Source of the DNA: Patescibacteria group bacterium
Lineage (GTDB): Bacteria > Patescibacteriota > Patescibacteriia > SG8-24 > DYFX01
Assembly: GCA_041659045.1 (NCBI GenBank)
Contig: JBAZZB010000001.1
Coordinates: forward strand, 326,111 to 390,110
Length of the DNA stretch: 64,000 bases
Direction: 5' to 3'
Below are positions 57,041 through 64,000 of this stretch, in pieces; position 1 is the stretch's first letter; each line of letters starts with the position of its first letter. The notes under the pieces are model-generated. The model was not told the DNA's origin. It saw nothing but the letters and a program-made list of their open reading frames with translations, and searched no databases. A program made the translations under genes and the position numbers.

Positions 57041-58498
57041 CTATCCAGCATAATTCCGGATCGCATCCATGAAGGTTTCGCCAAACATTTCCAGTTTTTT
57101 CTGACCAACACCACTGATGGCCGCGAATTCCTCGCGGTTACCGGGTCGCGAAGCCGCCATCTGCTTTAAACTCACGTCCCCGAAGATCATGTAGGGCGGC
57201 ACGTGCTGCGCATAGGCAAGACGCTTACGAAGCGCTCGCAGATGTTCGAAAAGCGCAGTATCGGGGGAGAGTTTAACAGGAGCGGCTTTGGGTCGAAGTT
57301 CCTCACGCGCCACCGTACCGAGGCAGACGTCGCAACCTTCACACGACACCGAGGCGCGCGTTTCGCCAAAGTAGCTGAGCAGATAGCTCCGACGGCACTG
57401 GCGTAGTTCGCCGTACCGCATGACGGACTCAAGCTTCTGTCGCGCTTGATCGCGCTGTGGGCCGTCGTCCATGACGTTGATAAAGTACATCTGCTTACGC
57501 TTGTCGGCGTACGAAAAAAACAGCACGCACTCTGAGGGCAGGCCGTCGCGTCCGGCGCGTCCGGTTTCTTGATAGTAGCCTTCAACCGATTTCGGTAGAT
57601 CGCAATGCGCCACGAGACGCACGTCCGGTTTGTCGATGCCCATACCGAAGGCGATCGTCGCGACGACAATGTCCAGATCGTCGGAGATGAAACGTTCCTG
57701 AGTGCGCGAACGGATATCTTGCGAGAGTCCGGCGTGATAGGCCCCGGCTTTGAATCCTCGCTTTCGCAGCTCCAGCGCGAGTGCCTCCGTATCTTTGCGC
57801 GAGAAGCAATAGAGAATCGCGCTCTCACCGCGATACTTTTCCAGCAAGGCAAAGAGCGATGCCGAACCTTTTTTCTTCGGCACGACGGAGTACGTCAAAT
57901 TCGGCCGATTGAAACTCGAAATGAACACGCGTGGAGAACGCAGATGCAGCTGGCGAATAATGTCGGCGCGAACGTGTTCCGTAGCCGTCGCGGTGAGCGC
58001 GATAGTCGGCACGTTCGGGAACTCCATTCGGAGGATTTTCAGGTTCGCATATTCGGGACGGAAGTCGTGGCCCCACTCCGAAATACAATGCGCCTCGTCG
58101 ATCGCGAGGAGCTTCACGTCGAGCGTCGAGAGAAACTGCCGAAACTCCGGCATCGACAGACGCTCCGGCGCGATATAGAGCAAGCGCAACTTTCCCGCTT
58201 GCGCGTTTTTCATGACGTTCGCGATTTCGGAAGCGGAGATCGAGCTGTTGAGATAGGCTGCCGGGATACCGTTCGTCGTCAGCTGATCAACCTGATCTTT
58301 CATGAGCGCAATGAGCGGAGAGACGACGATCGTGAGGCCGCCCGCAAGAAGCGCCGGCATCTGGAAACACAACGATTTGCCGCCGCCGGTTGGCATCAAT
58401 GCGACGCAGTCTTTCCCTTCCATGACGTGGCGAATGATCTCTTCCTGGAGCGGCCGGAAGCGGTCGTAGCCGAAATGTCGTTTGAGCGTTTCCAACAT
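57041..58498 (-). CDS. recQ: RecQ-family DNA helicase with HRDC domain
   Basis: MPTGGGKSLCFQ, DEAHCISEWGHDFRP, QETGRAGRDG, Zn Cys (CRR..CEGCDVC), HRDC. Confidence 0.93.
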   Translation of the reverse strand: MLETLKRHFGYDRFRPLQEEIIRHVMEGKDCVALMPTGGGKSLCFQMPALLAGGLTIVVSPLIALMKDQVDQLTTNGIPAAYLNSSISASEIANVMKNAQAGKLRLLYIAPERLSMPEFRQFLSTLDVKLLAIDEAHCISEWGHDFRPEYANLKILRMEFPNVPTIALTATATEHVRADIIRQLHLRSPRVFISSFNRPNLTYSVVPKKKGSASLFALLEKYRGESAILYCFSRKDTEALALELRKRGFKAGAYHAGLSQDIRSRTQERFISDDLDIVVATIAFGMGIDKPDVRLVAHCDLPKSVEGYYQETGRAGRDGLPSECVLFFSYADKRKQMYFINVMDDGPQRDQARQKLESVMRYGELRQCRRSYLLSYFGETRASVSCEGCDVCLGTVAREELRPKAAPVKLSPDTALFEHLRALRKRLAYAQHVPPYMIFGDVSLKQMAASRPGNREEFAAISGVGQKKLEMFGETFMDAIRNYAG

Positions 58499-58560
58499 GC
58501 GTGTTCGATTATGAACGATGTCGCCGCTCTACCTAAACTTCCACGCGGGACGCAAGACCC

Positions 58561-59334
58561 CTATTGCCGCATGCCGATACCCTTGTGAAGCAACGTGAGG
58601 TTCGTGATGATCAGGCCAGCGGTCACGACCAAGAGCAAGAGCGCACTCTGCCAGACGGGAATCGCCGAGATGCCGAAGAATCCATAGCGGAAACCGTCGA
58701 CCATGTAGAGAATCGGGTTGAACTTCGAAACGGTCTGCCAAAACGGCGGAAGCTGAGCGATGGAGTAGAAGACGCCGCCGAGATACGTGAGCGGTACGAG
58801 CACGAACGTCGAGAAGATACTGATGTCGTCGAACTTCTTGGCGAAGATTGAGTTGAGGAACCCGGCAAGGGCGAAGAGCGTGCTGGTCAGAAGCAGAAAC
58901 AAGAACACGGCCCACGGATGCGCCACGGTCGGTCGCGCGAAGACGAATGAAACCAAGAAGACGAGGAATCCTGTGACAACGCCGCGCACGATGCCTCCGC
59001 TTGTGAAGCCAGCGAGCACGACCCAGTTCGGCGTCGGTGAAACCATGATCTCTTCAACGTTGCGCATAAACTTCGCGCTGAAGAATGAGCTCACGACGTT
59101 GCCGAAACTATTCTGGATTACCGCCATCATCACGAGACCGGGAATGATGAACGACATGTACGGCACGCCTTCGACCAAACCGACGCGTGAGCCGATGAAC
59201 GCGCCGAAGATCAGGAAGTACAACGATTGCGTGATGAGCGGAGGGAGCAGCGTCTGCGACCAGATACGGAAGATACGGTTCGTTTCCTTCCGCACGATCG
59301 TGAGGTAGGCATTGAGAGGAATATTGTTCGGCAT
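58561..59334 (-). CDS. ABC-2 transporter permease (YadH-like)
   Basis: RIWSQTLLPP, FIIPGLVMM, PLTYLGGVFYS, NPILYMVDGFRYG. Confidence 0.92.
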   Translation of the reverse strand: MPNNIPLNAYLTIVRKETNRIFRIWSQTLLPPLITQSLYFLIFGAFIGSRVGLVEGVPYMSFIIPGLVMMAVIQNSFGNVVSSFFSAKFMRNVEEIMVSPTPNWVVLAGFTSGGIVRGVVTGFLVFLVSFVFARPTVAHPWAVFLFLLLTSTLFALAGFLNSIFAKKFDDISIFSTFVLVPLTYLGGVFYSIAQLPPFWQTVSKFNPILYMVDGFRYGFFGISAIPVWQSALLLLVVTAGLIITNLTLLHKGIGMRQ

Positions 59335-59335
59335 A

Positions 59336-60247
59336 CTACTTGGCGAGCGTTGAAAGATACAGCTCTTCGACGCGATTTTCCGCGTGCGAAACATCGAGCA
59401 CGCGCAAGCCGGCGCCGTGCACGCGTTCAAAGAGCGCGTCGAGTGTTTCGTCTGAACGGAGCGTGAAGACCGCGACCGCGGCGTTCACTTCGTCGGCAGC
59501 GAGCGCTTTCGTTTGCGCGTCATTGGGTGCCGAAGAAAGCGTCAGGCGGTATCGGCGGCCATCCGACTCAGCCAAAAGACCATGAACGGAACCGGACTTC
59601 ACGACCACGCCACGCTGGATGATCGTCATGTTGCGACAGAGCTGCTCGACTTCTTCGAGGTAGTGCGTCGTGAGAAGAATCGTCATACCCTCCGCGTTGA
59701 GCTTACGAAGGTAGTCCCACATGCCACGACGGAGCTCTACGTCGACGCCCGCCGTCGGCTCGTCGAGAATCAGGAGTTTTGGCTCGTGCACCAACGCGCG
59801 CGCGATCATCAAGCGGCGTTTCATGCCGCCGGAAAGCGTACGCGAGGCCACGTCGCGCTTGTCCCACAAACCGAGGTCTTTAAGGAGTACGTCGGCGCGC
59901 GCTTCCGCGTCTTTGCGCGACATGCCGTAATAGCCACCTTGCGTCACAACAATATCGCGCACATTCTCGAAGATGCTGAAGTTGAATTCTTGCGGTACCA
60001 CGCCGATTTTGGCTTTGGCGGCGTCCAGATCTTTCTCGTGATCGATGCCGAACACGAAAACTTCACCTGCCGTTTTTGTAACGAGGCTGACGAGAATATT
60101 GATGAGTGTCGTCTTCCCCGCACCGTTCGCGCCCAAGAGCGCGAAGAAGTCCCCTTCTGCCACGGTCAGATCGACGCCGGAAAGCGCAACCGTGCCACCG
60201 GCGTAGGTTTTACGCAGTCCAGTGATCTTCAATGCGTCCATAGTCAT
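59336..60247 (-). CDS. ABC transporter ATP-binding protein (YadG-like)
   Basis: GANGAGKTT, LSGGMKRR, LDEPTAGVD, TTHYLEE. Confidence 0.93.
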   Translation of the reverse strand: MTMDALKITGLRKTYAGGTVALSGVDLTVAEGDFFALLGANGAGKTTLINILVSLVTKTAGEVFVFGIDHEKDLDAAKAKIGVVPQEFNFSIFENVRDIVVTQGGYYGMSRKDAEARADVLLKDLGLWDKRDVASRTLSGGMKRRLMIARALVHEPKLLILDEPTAGVDVELRRGMWDYLRKLNAEGMTILLTTHYLEEVEQLCRNMTIIQRGVVVKSGSVHGLLAESDGRRYRLTLSSAPNDAQTKALAADEVNAAVAVFTLRSDETLDALFERVHGAGLRVLDVSHAENRVEELYLSTLAK

Positions 60248-60853
60248 TTAGCCCTGCTTGGCCTTGGCGTACGCCGGGCGTTCGGCACAGCGCGCCATCC
60301 ACGCCATGATCGACGGATAGCTGGAGAGATCAACCTTGCCGGCTTCGGCGTAGCCAAACGAGGTGCGCGTGATGATGTCTGCGACCGTAAAATCTTCACC
60401 AACGACAAACGTGTGGTTTTTCAGCCATCCTTCAAACACCGGTAGCGAACGAGCGAGCGTTTCGTCAGCTTTCTTGAGCGCCTCTTCCTCAACCTGCATG
60501 CCCCACGCTTTGAGTGCGTGCGCCGTGAGGTGCTTGTCGATATTGAGCAAAACGTACAGCTCCCAGCGAAGAAGCGTCGCGTGAGATTCGGGAGTCATCG
60601 GTCCGAAGAACGACGGATCGTGCTTCTCGGCCAAATAATGAACCATCGCGGCTGATTCGGTCAGAACGAAACCATCGTAGACCATCGCGGGAACCTGTCC
60701 GGCCGGGTTGATCGCCAAATAATCCGGCGACTTGTGTTCACCCTTGGACATATCGACTTCCTTCGCTTCGTAGGAAAGGCCGAGTTCAGCGAGCATCCAG
60801 TGCGGGCGGAATGAGGAGCCGCCGCGCGGTCCGTACAATGTAATAGAAGGCAT
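60248..60853 (-). CDS. glutathione S-transferase family protein
   Basis: INPAGQVP, LTESAAM..YLA, FTVADI. Confidence 0.92.
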   Translation of the reverse strand: MPSITLYGPRGGSSFRPHWMLAELGLSYEAKEVDMSKGEHKSPDYLAINPAGQVPAMVYDGFVLTESAAMVHYLAEKHDPSFFGPMTPESHATLLRWELYVLLNIDKHLTAHALKAWGMQVEEEALKKADETLARSLPVFEGWLKNHTFVVGEDFTVADIITRTSFGYAEAGKVDLSSYPSIMAWMARCAERPAYAKAKQG

Positions 60854-60959
60854 GTAAATGTAGTGATGAATCATCTTGCAGCTCGCTTATGATACTCGCC
60901 GCCGAGCGTCGCGTCCAGGCGACGGAGTCTCCTTGCGTAGCTACAAAAAAAAGCGCCCA

Positions 60960-61661
60960 CTAGCGGGCGCGTACGATGTCCGAGAGCGCGCGCACGCGCA
61001 CCGGATCGAGTTCTGTGTGCGAGAAGCTGACGCCCGTCGCCACGAGAACGCAGTCGACGTAGTCGAGGTACACGTCCACGTTCTCGGGAGTCATACCACT
61101 CGCAATCGCGAGCGGCTTGTCCCCGATTGCGCCGCGCATCGCCTCGATCTTAGCGATTGAAGGTGGCTGCCCGGTCGCCTCACCGCTGGTCGTCAGCACG
61201 TCCATGTAGGGCACGGCCATGCACGCCTCCAACGCCGGATCCCCCGCTTGCGGCTGATACTTGAAGGCCACGCCTCCGAAGTGCACGCCGCGCCACGAGG
61301 AGTTGCGGTCATGCGCCCGCACGATCGCGCGAGCTTCGCGCGTGGGGTCATCGCTCGAGAGATCGATGCCTCCTCGATCGAACCAGAGCCCGGACACGTC
61401 CGAAGGCACGTGGCGGAGCGTCTCCATTGGCGCAAGATCGAGCGCGTTCACACCAAGCCACCAATCCAGATGTGCGATGCGCGCCCGCCGATAGACGGCG
61501 AGTAGCCCAAGCACGTCGATGTTGTGGTTGATGAGAAACACGCCGTGCGCACCGTTGTCGCGCGCGTGCGCGACGTTTCGAAGTGTTTGCGCTTCGTTCT
61601 CGACGTGCACGACAGCGAGAAACACCTTGTGGTGGCCTCGAAAGGCTTCACGAAAGTCCAT
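60960..61661 (-). CDS. BtpA/SgcQ-like TIM-barrel protein
   Basis: AVVHV, GVFLIN, GGVAFKYQ, TTSGEATG, AIASGMTPEN, LVATG; AGGAGG SD; promoter TTGACA-17-TGGACT (61679-61707). Confidence 0.75.
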   Translation of the reverse strand: MDFREAFRGHHKVFLAVVHVENEAQTLRNVAHARDNGAHGVFLINHNIDVLGLLAVYRRARIAHLDWWLGVNALDLAPMETLRHVPSDVSGLWFDRGGIDLSSDDPTREARAIVRAHDRNSSWRGVHFGGVAFKYQPQAGDPALEACMAVPYMDVLTTSGEATGQPPSIAKIEAMRGAIGDKPLAIASGMTPENVDVYLDYVDCVLVATGVSFSHTELDPVRVRALSDIVRAR

Positions 61662-61712
61662 GGGTACCTCCTATTGGTAGTCCATCGCGTTCTCTCGAGA
61701 TTGTCAATCAAC

Positions 61713-61742
61713 AAGAAACCCCTCCGTATGGAGGGGTTTCTT
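61713..61742 (-). terminator. strong terminator after the surface protein gene
   Basis: AAGAAACCCCTCC-GTAT-GGAGGGGTTTCTT, 13-bp stem. Confidence 0.8.
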
Positions 61743-61780
61743 CGTTCAGCACCCTTTAGGAACCCAGTCGAGACGAGCTC

Positions 61781-64000
61781 TTACGAGCGGGTCATCGTCT
61801 GCGTATCCGATGGGAGGATCTTGACGTAGCGACCATTCATCCAGTCGTTCGAACCAGCACCGTCAGCAGACATATCCGTATCAACCGTATCGGAGTGCGG
61901 AATCGAGCTGTTGTCGGACCAGATGAAGTTGTGTTCGATCTCACCACTTCCATCGAGGTCATCGATAGAGAGATAGGCCGTGTTGGGGAAGGTGAAGGGC
62001 ACTCCGCGATCAAGTTCACCAGTGATCAGCGTTGTGTCGCCAAGCAGCGAAGTGCTGATGGATTCGCCAGACGTATCGGCGCCAGCAACCGTCACGAGTA
62101 CTTCATACGACTTCGAAGCGCCAGCGGCGATCGTCTGTTCGTCGGTGAAGGTGACGCGGAGGGTGCAGGTCGCAGACGTGACCGCAACGCAGCTGCCGAT
62201 GTCAGAGACGCCGGCAATGTTCGAGCCCTGGCCGACTTCGCGAATCATCGAGTCGGAAACTGTCGTAGTGGCCGACATATCGGTACCACCAGCGTCGTTC
62301 AAGCTGAGACTGAAAGTCAGCTTCTTGAACGAGACCTGCTGTGCAGCATCAGCCGTGATCGTGAAGTGCGAGATGACCTGCGATCCGTTCGACAAGGTCG
62401 AGGTCGGCAACGAAGCGTTGATGAACGTCGGCTTGGTCTTGCGCAGAATCTTCGTGCGAGCCGTAATATCGCCGCTGTCACCGGTCGTATCGAGCGTGCT
62501 CGATCCGGCAGACGTACCGCGGACTTCGTAGGTACCAGTGTCACCGGTGCAATCACCAGCACCAGAACCGTCGCACAGGATGACGGCCAGGTTCGCACCA
62601 GAGACCGTTCCGGACGGACCAACCGAGCTCAACTGAGCTTTCACGGTGAGGACCTTGGAGGAGTCTTTGGGGACGACGAGGGCGAAGCTCGAGAAGTCAG
62701 CAGTACCACTCGAAGACACCGAGACTGGGCCAGCGATCAACGTTGAGCCTTCATACAAGCTCATGCTTTGAAGGGCCGCTTCGGAACCAGACTGCACCAT
62801 GTCCATGCGCACTTTCGTGAGCTTGAGGTCTTCGGTCTGAGCCGTGAAGCGGTACTTGGCGAGGACGGCGGTCGTTCCGCCAATCACCAAACCGGCTTCC
62901 GATTCAACGTCATCCGGCGCGAGCGCGTAGGTCATGGCGCCGCTCGACGAGATGGTCATGCGCGGCGAAACGTCTCCGCCCGATACCGTGAGGGAGTTCC
63001 CTTCCATATCCTGTGCGGTGGTATCCGAGCTGCTAAAGGCGAAAGCAATGATGTCGTTCAGGTTCGCGATCGAACCGGAAAGAGTACCGACAACGTCCAG
63101 CGTGATCGTCTGACCGGCCAGGATTGTCAAGTTCATGTTCGAGAACTGGAGGAGACCGCCGCTGTTGGTGGGGCAGCCAGCAATCGAAGTCGTCGGGCTC
63201 TTGATGTCACCCACCTGGGTGGTTCCGTTCATGAGCTTGGCGGTGAGAAGGATGTCGGTCGAGAACTTGTCTGCGGAACCCGATTCAGTGCCGTCTTCGC
63301 AGCCATCGTAGATATCACCGTCGCTGTTCGCGTCGACACGCATCTGGACAGTCATCGCAGTGACCTTCACGTCAGAGCCCTGGCCAGCCTTGAGGTTGAT
63401 ACCGGCGAGCGAGACGTTCTGGGAACCCTGGATGAAGGTCTGCGCAACCGGCGTCGAAGCGGCCGAAACCGTGAGCGACGCGGAGCGGACCGTCATGGCG
63501 TTACCAGTGATGGTCGAGGACGGGACGATGGTCGACGTCGCGACGTAGGTCGAGTTGTCGAGGTTGCGGATGTCGGAAGCGCCGAAGGCCGTGAGGTCGA
63601 CGCGGACCGTGTCACCATTAAGGATGGAGTTGTTGGCAACATCGAGCGTCACCTTGAAGGTGCGGGCCTGGCCAGCAGCAAGCGTAAAAACGTCCGTATA
63701 CACAAGAGCTTGCGTCGTGTCGCTTGCTGGGAGCAGCGAGACATCTTTCGGGCCGGCAACGACGGCGGAGGTTGCCGTGTCGATCACTTTGATGTCGGTG
63801 TAGTTGGCAATATCAGCGACATCCTGGTAAAGACCGCCGACATCGTTGATATCGTTCGCCGTAATTGCAAGGCGCAAGTTGCGAACTTCGACGTTGGACT
63901 GCGAGGCGAGGGTGAAGTTCAAGACTTCCTTGTCCTTGCCGTTGGTCGCAATGTCGGTCGCGGCCGGGCCGTTGAAGGTGATCGTGATCTGACCGCCTTC
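61781..64000 (-). CDS. large Ser/Thr-rich surface (S-layer-like) protein with tandem Ig-like repeats, 5' end outside the window
   Basis: Frame stays open to 64000 (EGGQITITFNGPAATDIATNGKDKEVLNF...), beta-rich repeats, acidic Ca-binding-like loops, paired Cys. Confidence 0.8.
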   Translation of the reverse strand, partial: EGGQITITFNGPAATDIATNGKDKEVLNFTLASQSNVEVRNLRLAITANDINDVGGLYQDVADIANYTDIKVIDTATSAVVAGPKDVSLLPASDTTQALVYTDVFTLAAGQARTFKVTLDVANNSILNGDTVRVDLTAFGASDIRNLDNSTYVATSTIVPSSTITGNAMTVRSASLTVSAASTPVAQTFIQGSQNVSLAGINLKAGQGSDVKVTAMTVQMRVDANSDGDIYDGCEDGTESGSADKFSTDILLTAKLMNGTTQVGDIKSPTTSIAGCPTNSGGLLQFSNMNLTILAGQTITLDVVGTLSGSIANLNDIIAFAFSSSDTTAQDMEGNSLTVSGGDVSPRMTISSSGAMTYALAPDDVESEAGLVIGGTTAVLAKYRFTAQTEDLKLTKVRMDMVQSGSEAALQSMSLYEGSTLIAGPVSVSSSGTADFSSFALVVPKDSSKVLTVKAQLSSVGPSGTVSGANLAVILCDGSGAGDCTGDTGTYEVRGTSAGSSTLDTTGDSGDITARTKILRKTKPTFINASLPTSTLSNGSQVISHFTITADAAQQVSFKKLTFSLSLNDAGGTDMSATTTVSDSMIREVGQGSNIAGVSDIGSCVAVTSATCTLRVTFTDEQTIAAGASKSYEVLVTVAGADTSGESISTSLLGDTTLITGELDRGVPFTFPNTAYLSIDDLDGSGEIEHNFIWSDNSSIPHSDTVDTDMSADGAGSNDWMNGRYVKILPSDTQTMTRS

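Noticed and set aside
58503-58516. GTTC-N6-GAAC upstream of recQ as an SOS box
   Set aside because: Half-sites match those at lexA but geometry fits neither the N7 direct repeat nor GAAC-N4-GTTC; too weak to call

Overview
Gene-dense, moderately GC-rich bacterial chromosome segment in the standard genetic code (TGA is used as stop). Gene content and style (short atpH, archaeal-type FAD synthase, CvpA, single-chain UvrD-nuclease, large Ig-repeat surface protein, scarce Shine-Dalgarno motifs in core genes) suggest Patescibacteria/CPR, probably Parcubacteria/ABY1-like; this is inference. Core content: serS (partial), lysS, greA, mreBCD-pbp2, dciA, helicase-nuclease, a complete F1Fo ATP synthase operon, tatD, metG, rsmI, thiI, CCA-type nucleotidyltransferase, lexA, sod-ahpC, bcp (frameshifted), rlmI, nrdBA with tandem NrdR boxes, msrA, two ABC-F ATPases, a second Gre factor, recQ, a YadGH-like ABC pair, GST and a partial S-layer-like gene. 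Most notable observations: (1) two tandem CsoSCA-type (carboxysome-family) beta carbonic anhydrases plus a SulP/SLC26 transporter just downstream of the ATP synthase operon, with no carboxysome genes in the window; (2) two expression regimes, with near-leaderless or stop-start-coupled core genes versus about ten solitary accessory genes carrying a near-consensus sigma70 promoter, a Shine-Dalgarno and usually a terminator; (3) a lexA locus with opposed GTTC-N7-GTTC and GAAC-N7-GAAC boxes, a divergent 8-Cys mini-protein and a 35-aa ORF absent from the ORF track. I recognised no rRNA, tRNA, CRISPR array, transposase or integrase. All calls come from reading motifs by eye; no searches were run. 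Start codons were often trimmed from the ORF track to the most plausible ATG.
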